From positions 1-48,257 of the forward strand of contig DAORIO010000002.1 of the NCBI GenBank assembly GCA_035438585.1: a stretch of DNA of 48,257 nt, written 5' to 3'. The stretch is from Minisyncoccota bacterium (GTDB lineage Bacteria; Patescibacteriota; Minisyncoccia; Phycocordibacterales; UBA9973). Each line of letters starts with the position of its first letter. Position 1 is the first letter of the stretch. Positions 10,142 through 18,369 of the stretch are shown here, one piece after another. Below the pieces are notes generated by a model. It was not told where the DNA came from. It saw only the letters and a program-made list of their open reading frames with translations, and ran no database searches. The translations under genes were made by a program, and so were the position numbers.

Positions 10142-10173
10142 GGGGGGGCACGATTCGTGCTCTCCCTATTTTT
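10142..10173 (+). terminator. Terminator after pyrF
   Basis: GGGGGGGCACG / CGTGCTCTCCC stem (G-U pairs allowed) with loop ATT, followed by TATTTTT. Confidence 0.6.
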
Positions 10174-10310
10174 ATGATTCCATCTCCATTTCCTAATGGA
10201 GAAACGGGTAATTTTTTGGGTTTTTCGGTTCTTTGTATAGGGTAGTTTTTAAAGTATTTTTCCTGTATTAACTATTTGTGGCTAAATATCAACCCCAACT
10301 GATTAATAAT

Positions 10311-10338
10311 TTGACAAGGTATAGCTCTTTCTGATAAT
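10311..10338 (+). promoter_or_regulatory. Candidate promoter for the rpsS-rplE unit
   Basis: TTGACA (10311-10316), 16-nt spacer, GATAAT (10333-10338) preceded by TG. A 40-nt leader with hairpin TAGCTC/GAGCTA follows. Confidence 0.45.
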
Positions 10339-10377
10339 CTATCCCTAGCTCCTTAAGAGAGCTATTTATTTTAGTCT

Positions 10378-10728
10378 ATGACAAGATCAACCAAAAAAGG
10401 ACCTTACGTTGACGAAAGAGTCCTAAAGAAAGTTCTAGGAAAAAACCCTCGAGAAATCGGGGTTATTAAAACATGGTCACGCGCATGTGTAATCAGTCCA
10501 GAAATGGTTGGTTTTACTTTTGGTGTCCACAATGGAAAAAATCATATTGAAGTACTAGCTACAGAGGATATGGTGGGTCACAGACTAGGTGAATTCTCTC
10601 CAACTAAAACATTCAGAAGACACGGAGGTAAAATGCAGAAAGAGCTTGAAGCAAAGGCTAAAGAGTCTGAAATTGCTGCCGCTAAAGCCGCAAAAGCTTC
10701 ATCTTCTGATGATAAGAAGAAGAAATAA
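10378..10728 (+). CDS. rpsS: 30S ribosomal protein S19 with Ala/Lys-rich C-terminal extension
   Basis: KKGPYVD...TWSR...[16 protein letters not shown]...MVGH.LGEF.PT core. Confidence 0.95.
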   Translation: MTRSTKKGPYVDERVLKKVLGKNPREIGVIKTWSRACVISPEMVGFTFGVHNGKNHIEVLATEDMVGHRLGEFSPTKTFRRHGGKMQKELEAKAKESEIAAAKAAKASSSDDKKKK

Positions 10729-10737
10729 AAATAATAT

Positions 10738-11190
10738 ATGAACGCAAAGCTTTCAAATCTAAGAATATCTCCAAGAAAAGTCCGCCTAGTTGCGAGTCTT
10801 GTTCAAGGTAAAACTATATCTGACGCAGAGCTTTTGCTTACGTATTTACCAAAAAGATCAAGTGATCCGATTTTGAAACTAATCAAAAGTGCTTATGCAA
10901 ATGCCACAGTAAAGGGTGGAGCAAGTGAAGACGACATGATAATCAAAAGCATTAGAGTAGACCAAGGTCTTACAATGCACCGATTTATGCCACGAGCTTT
11001 TGGGCGTCCTGCTGCAATCAAGAAGCGATCAAGTCATGTTATGTTAACACTTAGTGCAAAGCCTGAAAAAAAAGAAAAAATCAGTAAAACCAAGAAAGAT
11101 ATTCAAAAAAGCACTGCTGAAGCAAAAACTGTAGCAAAAAAATTATCAAAAATTGATAAAGAAGAGCAAACTAAAGAAGAAAATAATTAA
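10738..11190 (+). CDS. rplV: 50S ribosomal protein L22 with K/E-rich C-terminal extension
   Basis: LRISPRKVRLVASLVQGK...A..LL and RAFGRPAAIKKRSSHV motifs. Confidence 0.93.
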   Translation: MNAKLSNLRISPRKVRLVASLVQGKTISDAELLLTYLPKRSSDPILKLIKSAYANATVKGGASEDDMIIKSIRVDQGLTMHRFMPRAFGRPAAIKKRSSHVMLTLSAKPEKKEKISKTKKDIQKSTAEAKTVAKKLSKIDKEEQTKEENN

Positions 11191-11195
11191 TTTAT

Positions 11196-11858
11196 ATGTC
11201 AAAAATTGTTAACCCATTTGCACATCGTCTACCTATAATTCGTGACTGGAGATCACGCTGGTTTTCTGTAGGTTCAAAATTCAAAGAAAATCTTCGAGGT
11301 GATGTTTTGATCCGTGAATATTTAACAAAGAAACTTAGAAATGCTTATGTTTCTTCTGTTGAAATTGAAAGAAGTCGAAAGCTTGCTCGTATTATTATCA
11401 GAACTTCACGTCCAGGTATCGTTATTGGGCGATCAGGAGAAGGTTCAAAGAAGTTGATGGATGATACAAGAAACTTCATGAAAAAGAACAATATTTCAAT
11501 GCCTGAAGATTTTAAGATTGAAGTAGTTCCAGTTGCAAACCCAGACGCAGATGCAGCAATCGTTGCATATTCAGTTGCTGAAGCGCTAGAAAAAAGAATG
11601 CCTTTTAGAAGAGTTATGAAGCAAACAATCGAAAAAGTTTCAACTGTTCGAGAAGTGCAAGGAGTTAGAATCGTTTTGGGTGGACGTCTTGGTGGGGCTG
11701 AAATTGCTCGAAGTGAAGAATTAAAGAAAGGTTCAATTCCACTTCAAACATTTAGAGCAGATGTTGATTTCGCACGAGAGCGAGCACATCTTCCATACGG
11801 AGATGTTGGAATCAGAGTTTGGATTTACAGAGGACAAAAATTCGATAGTGATAAATAA
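11196..11858 (+). CDS. rpsC: 30S ribosomal protein S3
   Basis: KH-domain and GRLGGAEIARSE motifs in the conserved operon position. Confidence 0.96.
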   Translation: MSKIVNPFAHRLPIIRDWRSRWFSVGSKFKENLRGDVLIREYLTKKLRNAYVSSVEIERSRKLARIIIRTSRPGIVIGRSGEGSKKLMDDTRNFMKKNNISMPEDFKIEVVPVANPDADAAIVAYSVAEALEKRMPFRRVMKQTIEKVSTVREVQGVRIVLGGRLGGAEIARSEELKKGSIPLQTFRADVDFARERAHLPYGDVGIRVWIYRGQKFDSDK

Positions 11859-11875
11859 TTTATATAAAAAGGCTT

Positions 11876-12301
11876 ATGTTATTCCCTAAAAAAGTAAAAT
11901 TTAGAAAGTGGCAAACTGCAAGAAGAAATTCTGCTACTTTTGCTCGTCCTGATACAAGAGGAGTAACTTTGTCTTTTGGGCAGTTTGGCTTAAAGGCTGA
12001 AACTCATGCTCGAATGACTTCAAATCAAATCGAAGCAGCCCGAAAAGCAATGGCGCGACAACTTACAAAAACAGGAAGAGTTTGGATTAGAGTTTTTCCA
12101 GATAGGCCTGTAACCGCTAAACCGCCAGAAGTGGGTATGGGAAAAGGTAAGGGAGATTTACAAAAGTATTGTTTTGAGGTAAAACCAGGAAGAATTATTT
12201 TTGAAGTTGACGGGGTTGATGAAAAGATAGCACGAGAGGCCCTAAGAAAAGCTGGAACAAAGCTACCTATTAAAACAAGAGTAATTTCACGAGTGATTTA
12301 A
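11876..12301 (+). CDS. rplP: 50S ribosomal protein L16
   Basis: MLFPKKVKFRK..., WIRVFPD.P.T.KP.EVGMGKGKG. Confidence 0.96.
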   Translation: MLFPKKVKFRKWQTARRNSATFARPDTRGVTLSFGQFGLKAETHARMTSNQIEAARKAMARQLTKTGRVWIRVFPDRPVTAKPPEVGMGKGKGDLQKYCFEVKPGRIIFEVDGVDEKIAREALRKAGTKLPIKTRVISRVI

Positions 12302-12302
12302 T

Positions 12303-12491
12303 ATGAAAAAGATAGATTTAAAAACAAAATCAGCACTCGAACTACAAAAGCTTATAAAAGATTCTGAAGTTAGACTTAGAGAAATTGCTTTTAGTACAAG
12401 CGGGGCAGGTGAAAAAAGTTTCGTAGAAAAGAGAAATCTAAAGAAAACAATTGCTAGATCAAAAACACAACTAGCGAGTTTAAATAAATAA
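12303..12491 (+). CDS. rpmC: 50S ribosomal protein L29
   Basis: Size, position between L16 and S17, and a helical K/E-rich L29-like sequence. Confidence 0.88.
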   Translation: MKKIDLKTKSALELQKLIKDSEVRLREIAFSTSGAGEKSFVEKRNLKKTIARSKTQLASLNK

Positions 12492-12496
12492 TATTT

Positions 12497-12739
12497 ATGG
12501 AAAATAAAAACAACAAAAGAAGATTGCAGGGAACAGTCGTGTCAAACAAAATGAAAGACACGGTGGTTGTTTCTGTTGTCCGTTTTGTTAAACATCCTAA
12601 ATATCAAAAGTTTATGAAAATAACTAAAAAACTAAAAGCTCACAATCCTGGTAATACAGCCGAGGTGGGGAGTAAGGTTTTTATAGAAGAGTCGAGACCA
12701 ATTTCAAAAGACAAGCATTTTATTGTTGTTAGTGAATAA
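12497..12739 (+). CDS. rpsQ: 30S ribosomal protein S17
   Basis: LQGTVVSNKMKDTVVVSV...KHPKYQK....KK..AH core. Confidence 0.92.
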   Translation: MENKNNKRRLQGTVVSNKMKDTVVVSVVRFVKHPKYQKFMKITKKLKAHNPGNTAEVGSKVFIEESRPISKDKHFIVVSE

Positions 12740-12745
12740 AATTTT

Positions 12746-13117
12746 ATGATACAAGCAGGAACAGTAGTAAAAATAACAGATAACGGTGGTGGAACAGTCG
12801 GCCAAGTTTTTAAGGTTCTTGGTGGTTCAAAAAGACGTTACGCTGAAATTGGAGATCGAGTTATTATCTCTGTGAAGGTTGCAACACCACGAAAAAACAT
12901 CAAAAAGAAAGATGTTCTTGAAGCTGTTATCGTGCGACAAAGAGAGGCTCTAAGAAGAAAAGATGGCTCTTATATCCGATTTGATGACAATGCTGTTGTG
13001 GTGCTTGAAAAGGGTAAGAAAGAACCAAAAGCTGGGCGTGTTTTCGGTCCAATTCCAAGAGAGCTTGCAGATAAGGGGTATCAAAAGATTATTTCATTAG
13101 CACCTGAAGTTATTTAA
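12746..13117 (+). CDS. rplN: 50S ribosomal protein L14
   Basis: MIQ.GT...DN.G......V.GG..RRYA.IGD core. Confidence 0.96.
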   Translation: MIQAGTVVKITDNGGGTVGQVFKVLGGSKRRYAEIGDRVIISVKVATPRKNIKKKDVLEAVIVRQREALRRKDGSYIRFDDNAVVVLEKGKKEPKAGRVFGPIPRELADKGYQKIISLAPEVI

Positions 13118-13121
13118 TTTT

Positions 13122-13421
13122 ATGAAAATCAAGAAAGGAGACAATTGCATAATTATCGCAGGAAATGATAAAGGAAAGACTGGAAAGATCTTGGAGGTTT
13201 TTGTTTCAGCAAACAGGGTTGTTGTTGAAGGTGTAAACGTAAAGAAAAAACACACAAGAGCACGAACTCGAGGTGAAAAAGGTCAAGTTGCAGAATTTCC
13301 TATGCCAATTCATATGTCAAACGTTATGCTTGTTGAAGGAAAAAAGAGAACAAGAATTGGAGCCAAGGTCGTAAATGGTAAAAATGTAAGAATTGCCAAA
13401 AAGTCTGGTAAAGAAATTTAA
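13122..13421 (+). CDS. rplX: 50S ribosomal protein L24
   Basis: KIKKGD.V.IIAG.DKGK.GKIL KOW motif. Confidence 0.93.
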   Translation: MKIKKGDNCIIIAGNDKGKTGKILEVFVSANRVVVEGVNVKKKHTRARTRGEKGQVAEFPMPIHMSNVMLVEGKKRTRIGAKVVNGKNVRIAKKSGKEI

Positions 13422-13422
13422 T

Positions 13423-13971
13423 ATGAAATCAATCAAAGAAAAACAAGATAGCTTTTTTAAAGAAGCAAAAGATAAATTTGGATACAAGAACATAATGTCT
13501 TCTCCAAAGCTTTTGAAAGTTGCTGTGTCTGTAGCTACTGGAACTATGATGAAGAAAGACAACAAGAGAAATGATTTTGTCTCTGATCGTTTAGCAAAGA
13601 TAACTGGACAAAAACCAGCTGTTCGTGGGGCTAAAAAATCAGTTGCGTCTTTCAAGGTAAGACAAGGAGACCCAATCGGACTTTTGGTAATACTAAGAGG
13701 AAATAGAATGCAGGATTTCTTGGAGAAACTTATAAATATTGCACTTCCTCGTACAAAAGACTTCCGAGGAATAAACCCGAACTCAGTTGATAACATCGGA
13801 AACATAACTTTTGGAATAAAAGAACACACTATTTTCCCAGAAACATCAGACGAAGATATTAAAGATATTTTTGGAATGGCTATTACAATCGAAACATCAG
13901 CTAAGTCAAAAGAAGAAGCAAAAGAATTTTTGACACACATCGGCCTTCCATTTAAAACAAACACTCAATAA
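13423..13971 (+). CDS. rplE: 50S ribosomal protein L5
   Basis: ATG at 13423 lies one nt after the rplX stop. The sequence ...ITGQKPAVRGAKKSVASFKVRQGDPIG.... is L5-like. The track's upstream extension was rejected. Confidence 0.95.
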   Translation: MKSIKEKQDSFFKEAKDKFGYKNIMSSPKLLKVAVSVATGTMMKKDNKRNDFVSDRLAKITGQKPAVRGAKKSVASFKVRQGDPIGLLVILRGNRMQDFLEKLINIALPRTKDFRGINPNSVDNIGNITFGIKEHTIFPETSDEDIKDIFGMAITIETSAKSKEEAKEFLTHIGLPFKTNTQ

Positions 13972-13974
13972 AAA

Positions 13975-14000
13975 ATTCCACCATTTGGTGGATTTTTTTA
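13975..14000 (+). terminator. Terminator after rplE
   Basis: TCCACC (13977-13982) / GGTGGA (13987-13992), then T-run 13993-13999. Confidence 0.75.
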
Positions 14001-14079
14001 TAGTTTCGTTGGAAGGGTAAAATACTTGCCAATTTTGTAATTTATTGTATTATTGTATTGAAAATAAAACCTTAGTAGC

Positions 14080-14343
14080 ATGAAACGTATGAGATTTTTA
14101 GATGAAGACCTAGAAAAAAGAGCTGGTGTTCTGTTGAAAAGTGGTACCTTTGTTAAACTTAAAAAAATAAAAAAACAAATTTTTGCTTTGTATGAATTGT
14201 ATGGTTATTTCGTTGAGGTTGTTGTGGTGAATAAAGAAGTAAAAAGTATGGAATTTATTCCAAATGATGACACTGAACGACTTGCGAGTTATGTGAAAAC
14301 AAAAGAGTTAAAAGATTTTCTAAAAAGGGAATTGTCTTTTTAA
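14080..14343 (+). CDS. Hypothetical 87-aa protein
   Basis: ATG-initiated ORF with its own TTGCCA-16-TATTAT promoter-like motif and its own terminator. No homology recognised. Confidence 0.5.
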   Translation: MKRMRFLDEDLEKRAGVLLKSGTFVKLKKIKKQIFALYELYGYFVEVVVVNKEVKSMEFIPNDDTERLASYVKTKELKDFLKRELSF

Positions 14344-14345
14344 AA

Positions 14346-14369
14346 AAGCCTCCGCGGAGGCTTTTTTTA
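14346..14369 (+). terminator. Terminator after the 87-aa ORF
   Basis: GCCTCCGCGGAGGC palindrome followed by a T7 run, leading into TTGACA at 14375-14380. Confidence 0.8.
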
Positions 14370-14430
14370 TTTGTTTGACAATACATAGTTAAAATTATAA
14401 AGTCAGGTAAACTTATAAAAAAAATAAAAA

Positions 14431-15591
14431 ATGGAAAATTTAACCTACAAAAAATCGGGTGTCGACTATGACGCCATGGATCCTTTCAAGAAAATGTGTC
14501 AAATTGCAGGACTTGAAACAGCTCAGGCTTTCAAGGTTTCAAGTAATCATATGAGAAATATTCTAATTGAGGAATATGAAAAAAGTCGAGGCGAAAGTGT
14601 TTACCTTCAAAGGTTCGCGGGTGTAGGAGATTTTTTGATTGCTCATGTCCATGAAGGCCTTGGTACAAAAAATCTGGTAGCCGATGCTATGTATAAAATA
14701 GGAGGACACTCTTATTACAATTGTATTGCAAAAGATACCATTGCTATGGGCGCAAACGATATGATTACGTTAGGAGCCTTACCTACGTCAATCGCAATGC
14801 ACCTTTCAGTCGGAAGATCAGATTGGTTTAATGACAAAAGAAGGGTTGGTGATCTTATTGAGGGTTGGAAAAATGGCTGCATTGAATCAGGTGCAATTTG
14901 GGGTTGCGGGGAAACACCCACATTAAAAGATGTTTTGCTACCTGAGGTTGCAGAATTGTCTGTTTCAGTTGTTGGTTTGGTGGAAAAAAGAAAATTATTT
15001 GAAACCTCTAAAATAAAAGACGGTGATGTGATCCTTCTTATTGAGAGTTCGGGTATTCACGCAAATGGTCTTACTTTAGCCAGGAAAATTGCTGGAATGC
15101 TTCCGGATGGATATATGACGCCGATCGATCAACATGGCCAATCATTTGGGGAAGCTCTACTTGAACCAACGGTAATATATGCTCCATTCATCCAAGATTG
15201 GTTGAGTATGGGAGTTGATATTCACTACGCTGTAAATATTACAGGACATGGTTGGAGAAAGCTTATGCGGGCACCACAAAATTTCAGTTACATTATTGAC
15301 AAGCTTCCATGGCAAAATCCGATCTTTGATTTCATAAAAGAAAAAGGAAATGTTACAGAAGAAGAGATGTATGGAAATTACAATATGGGCGCTGGTTTTG
15401 CTGTTTTTCTTTCAGAAAAAGACGCAGATTCTATTATAGAATTTGAGAAGGAAAATCGTTTTTTCCCTAAACATCATGATGGCCGGATTTCTGTTTTTAA
15501 AGCAGGGTATATTGAAAAAAGTGATATCAAGAAAGTGGTTATAAGGCCGAAAAATCTTGAATTCGCAGCTGATACACTTCAGGTTCGTTAA
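14431..15591 (+). CDS. AIR synthase (PurM)-family protein
   Basis: Colinear with PurM: YKKSGVDYDA (YKDAGVDIDAG), HEGLGTKNLVA (DGVGTKL), GANDMITLGALP (VNDLVVQGAEP), SSGIHANGLTLARKI (SSGPHSNGYSLVRK), NITGHG (HLTGGG), YNMGAGFAVF (FNCGVGM). Confidence 0.75.
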   Translation: MENLTYKKSGVDYDAMDPFKKMCQIAGLETAQAFKVSSNHMRNILIEEYEKSRGESVYLQRFAGVGDFLIAHVHEGLGTKNLVADAMYKIGGHSYYNCIAKDTIAMGANDMITLGALPTSIAMHLSVGRSDWFNDKRRVGDLIEGWKNGCIESGAIWGCGETPTLKDVLLPEVAELSVSVVGLVEKRKLFETSKIKDGDVILLIESSGIHANGLTLARKIAGMLPDGYMTPIDQHGQSFGEALLEPTVIYAPFIQDWLSMGVDIHYAVNITGHGWRKLMRAPQNFSYIIDKLPWQNPIFDFIKEKGNVTEEEMYGNYNMGAGFAVFLSEKDADSIIEFEKENRFFPKHHDGRISVFKAGYIEKSDIKKVVIRPKNLEFAADTLQVR

Positions 15592-15596
15592 TGTTA

Positions 15597-15627
15597 AAAG
15601 CCAGATAATTTTTGTCTGGCTTTTTTA
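15597..15627 (+). terminator. Terminator after the PurM-family gene
   Basis: GCCAGA (15600-15605) / TCTGGC (15615-15620), then T-run 15621-15626. Confidence 0.8.
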
Positions 15628-15628
15628 T

Positions 15629-15657
15629 TTGACATCCAAAAGCCCTTTTGGTAGTAT
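15629..15657 (+). promoter_or_regulatory. Candidate promoter for the rpsN-secY unit
   Basis: TTGACA (15629-15634), 17-nt spacer, TAGTAT (15652-15657). Confidence 0.55.
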
Positions 15658-15685
15658 CTTAGGACTTCAGCAATCCACGGTTCTC

Positions 15686-15721
15686 CTTGGGTATCCGAGT
15701 TTTCGGACGAAGATATCCAAG
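15686..15721 (+). promoter_or_regulatory. 10-bp hairpin in the rpsN 5' leader (possible r-protein operator)
   Basis: CTTGGGTATC (15686-15695) pairs with GATATCCAAG (15712-15721), one G-U, around a 16-nt apical region. It lies in the roughly 90-nt leader before the ATG at 15756. Confidence 0.35.
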
Positions 15722-15755
15722 AAAGATCGTGTGATATTGCGAAGTATTTATAAAT

Positions 15756-15941
15756 ATGGCAAAAACATCAGTAAAAGTACGCGCTGCGCGTACACCCAAG
15801 TTTTCTACAAGAGCGAAAAATCGCTGTTTTCGATGTGGAAGAGGAAAGGGATATATGAGAGACTTCGGTCTTTGCAGAATTTGCTTTAGAGAGCTTTCAA
15901 ACGAAGGAATGATTCCTGGAGTTAGAAAGTCATCTTGGTAG
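15756..15941 (+). CDS. rpsN: 30S ribosomal protein S14, zinc-binding type Z (61 aa)
   Basis: [20 protein letters not shown] contains CxxC...CxxC. The short form ends in W. Confidence 0.93.
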   Translation: MAKTSVKVRAARTPKFSTRAKNRCFRCGRGKGYMRDFGLCRICFRELSNEGMIPGVRKSSW

Positions 15942-15955
15942 CATTTAAAAAAATT

Positions 15956-16348
15956 ATGACAGACCCTATTGGAGCAATGGTAAATGAAATAAAGGTTGGT
16001 GGCCTCGCTAAGAAGCCAGTAATCACAGTAAAACACTCAAGCATTAAAAGTGCGATTCTTGATTGTTTGAAAAAAGCAGGTTTCATTGATTCTTTTGAAA
16101 AGAGAGTAAAGCAAGGTCATCAAGTTTTGGATATAAATCTATCTTATTCTGAGGATGGAACTCCAAAAGTAAAAGAAGCAAAAAGAATCTCAAAGCCGTC
16201 ACGAAGACTTTATTATGGTTATAGAGATATAAGATTGGTTAAAGGAGGTCGAGGTGTTATTGTTTTGTCTACTCCAAAAGGAATTTTATCTGGAATTGAT
16301 GCTAGAAAAGAATTAGTCGGTGGAGAGCCATTATTTTGGATTTGGTAA
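15956..16348 (+). CDS. rpsH: 30S ribosomal protein S8
   Basis: Start chosen at MTDPIGAMVNEIK (ATG 15956). C-terminal GGEPLFWIW. Confidence 0.93.
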   Translation: MTDPIGAMVNEIKVGGLAKKPVITVKHSSIKSAILDCLKKAGFIDSFEKRVKQGHQVLDINLSYSEDGTPKVKEAKRISKPSRRLYYGYRDIRLVKGGRGVIVLSTPKGILSGIDARKELVGGEPLFWIW

Positions 16349-16354
16349 AAATAT

Positions 16355-16891
16355 ATGTCAAGAATTGGAAAACAACCTATTGAGATCCCAGCTGGAACAT
16401 CTGTAACAATCACAGATGGCGTGGTTACTGTAAAAGGTCCTAAGGGAGAACTAAAAAAGCCTTTCAACACAAAAGCTGTTTCTATAACAGTAGAAGGAAA
16501 CATTGCTCAAGTAACACCTCTAAACGAAGAAATCTCATCTCGAGCTCTTTGGGGAACATATGCTTCTCATTTAAAAAACATGGTAAACGGAGTAAACAAT
16601 CTATTTACAAAGAAATTAATTCTAGAAGGAGTTGGTTTTAAATCTGAAGTAAAGGGAAATGAACTAGTTCTAGCTTTGGGTTTTTCTCATCCTGTAAATG
16701 TTAAAATACCAGAAGGCCTTACTGTTACAGCTGAAAAGAATAATATAACAGTAACAGGAATTGATAAAGAAGCTGTTGGAGAATTTACAGCATCAACTCG
16801 CGCATTGAAGAAGCCGGAACCTTACAAAGGAAAAGGTTTTAGATATAGCGATGAGGTTATTAGACGAAAACAAGGTAAGAAAACTGCATAA
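16355..16891 (+). CDS. rplF: 50S ribosomal protein L6
   Basis: [17 protein letters not shown]...VKGPKGEL motif. Confidence 0.95.
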   Translation: MSRIGKQPIEIPAGTSVTITDGVVTVKGPKGELKKPFNTKAVSITVEGNIAQVTPLNEEISSRALWGTYASHLKNMVNGVNNLFTKKLILEGVGFKSEVKGNELVLALGFSHPVNVKIPEGLTVTAEKNNITVTGIDKEAVGEFTASTRALKKPEPYKGKGFRYSDEVIRRKQGKKTA

Positions 16892-16896
16892 GGCTT

Positions 16897-17247
16897 ATGA
16901 GTAAAACAAAATCAAAAGTTCAAAAGAGGTTTAGAGTAAAACACCGAATCAGAGCTAAAGTTTCTGGTACTTCAGAGAGGCCGAGACTTGCTGTTTTTAG
17001 ATCTAATTCTAGAATATATACTCAGTTGATTGATGATGTTGCGGGTAAGACACTTGCTTCTGCTTCTGATATAAAGATTGAAAAAGGTTCTCCTATGGAA
17101 CGATCAAAAGAAGTTGGAAAAACTCTTGCAATAAACGCAAAAAAAGTAGGAATTACAAAGGTTGTATTTGATAGAGGTGGTTTTAAGTACACAGGAAGAG
17201 TCAAGCAATTAGCAGAAGGTGCTCGTGAAGGCGGATTAATTTTTTAA
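16897..17247 (+). CDS. rplR: 50S ribosomal protein L18
   Basis: [17 protein letters not shown]....TLASAS and [20 protein letters not shown] motifs. Confidence 0.94.
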   Translation: MSKTKSKVQKRFRVKHRIRAKVSGTSERPRLAVFRSNSRIYTQLIDDVAGKTLASASDIKIEKGSPMERSKEVGKTLAINAKKVGITKVVFDRGGFKYTGRVKQLAEGAREGGLIF

Positions 17248-17249
17248 TT

Positions 17250-17921
17250 ATGGAAGACACAAACACAACAACAGAAAATAATATATCATCAACAGTAGTT
17301 GGCAATTCTGAAGCGACTGCGGTAAACAAGGCGCCAAGCAGATTTCCTTCTAGGGGTAAATTTGCAACAGGAGACCAAAAATCTTTTGGGTCTAGAGGTG
17401 CAAATTCAAGTGGACCAAGAAGAAGTGGGCCAAGACCTGATTCAGAATTTGATCAAAAAACATTGTTAGCAAGAAGAGTAACTCGAGTTGTTGCTGGAGG
17501 AAGAAGATTCTCTTTGGCTGTTTTGGTTGCCCTTGGTGATAAAAAGGGGAAAATAGGACTTGGTGTTGGTAAGGCTGTAGATACTGCTTTGGCAATAAAC
17601 AAGGCAACTCGTGACGCAAAGAAAAATATGTTTAAGATTAGTCTTACAAAAGATTTAAGTCTTCCTCATGATGTGCATTCAAAATATTCAACTTCAAAAG
17701 TATATCTTTTTCCAAATAAATCAAAAGGACTTGTTGCGGGAAGTGCCGTTAGAGAAATTCTAGTTTTGGCTGGTATAAAAAACGTAACTGCAAAAATACT
17801 TTCTGGAAGTAAAAACAAAATGAACATTGCAAAAGCAACTATGGAAGCGTTGTCTGTTTTTGGAAAGCCGGTAATTAATGTAAAAAGATCAAAGGTATCT
17901 GAAGTAAAAGAAGATAAATAA
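17250..17921 (+). CDS. rpsE: 30S ribosomal protein S5 with about 60-aa N-terminal extension
   Basis: RVTRVVAGGRRFSLAVLVALGDKKGKIGLGVGKA core preceded by a low-complexity N-terminus. Confidence 0.93.
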   Translation: MEDTNTTTENNISSTVVGNSEATAVNKAPSRFPSRGKFATGDQKSFGSRGANSSGPRRSGPRPDSEFDQKTLLARRVTRVVAGGRRFSLAVLVALGDKKGKIGLGVGKAVDTALAINKATRDAKKNMFKISLTKDLSLPHDVHSKYSTSKVYLFPNKSKGLVAGSAVREILVLAGIKNVTAKILSGSKNKMNIAKATMEALSVFGKPVINVKRSKVSEVKEDK

Positions 17922-17926
17922 TTTTT

Positions 17927-18367
17927 ATGCAACAAAGTAAAATACAAAGAAATACTAAAAGAAAGAAGCATCGAATTGTCGGTCGTGGTGGTAAACACGC
18001 CAAGACTGCGGGGCGAGGAACAAAAGGACAGAAATCTCGTTCTGGAAGAAAAATGCGACCTGAAATCAGAGATACTATCAAAAAGATTCCAAAACTTCGA
18101 GGGCGCGGAAAGAATATTTTTAAAAGATTTAGAGAAGTTATTACTCCGATAAATTTAAATGTTCTGTCTATGGTGTACTCAAATGGAGAAACTGTTACAT
18201 CTGCGACATTGCTTGAAAAAAAGGTTATAGTATTAAGAAGAGGAAAGTCTCCACGAGTAAAGATTCTATCAGCTGGAGAAATTGATAAAAAATTAGAAAT
18301 TGTCGGATTGGCTGTAAGTCCTGCAGCAAAGACAAAGATAGAAAAAGCAGGAGGTAAGGTTTCATAA
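17927..18367 (+). CDS. rplO: 50S ribosomal protein L15
   Basis: RVGRGGKHAKTAGRGTKGQKSRSG motif. It starts 5 nt after the rpsE stop, leaving no room for L30. Confidence 0.92.
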   Translation: MQQSKIQRNTKRKKHRIVGRGGKHAKTAGRGTKGQKSRSGRKMRPEIRDTIKKIPKLRGRGKNIFKRFREVITPINLNVLSMVYSNGETVTSATLLEKKVIVLRRGKSPRVKILSAGEIDKKLEIVGLAVSPAAKTKIEKAGGKVS

Positions 18368-18369
18368 TT

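Noticed and set aside
10184-10201. CCATCTCCA after the pyrF terminator, matching 9 nt of the tmRNA 3' end, as possible evidence that pyrF is also a cassette.
   Set aside because: A single 9-nt match is within chance expectation for a window of this size. No CTTAGTA trailer or repeat-family sequence accompanies it. The sequence also forms a simple local hairpin (CTCCATT/AATGGAG).
13317-13964. 215-aa minus-strand ORF. Similar long antisense ORFs occur at 5919-6416, 17875-18384, 36105-36569, 17666-17998 and 1026-1360.
   Set aside because: They lie entirely antisense to highly conserved genes (rplX/rplE, tuf/rpsJ, rpsE/rplO, ftsH, fusA) and have low-complexity F/S/I-rich translations with no recognisable motifs. 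These are typical shadow ORFs in AT-rich DNA.
15557-16036. ORFs 15557-15889 (+) and 15659-16036 (-).
   Set aside because: They overlap the PurM-gene terminator, the rpsN promoter and leader, and rpsN/rpsH themselves. The conserved S14 and S8 frames explain the region.
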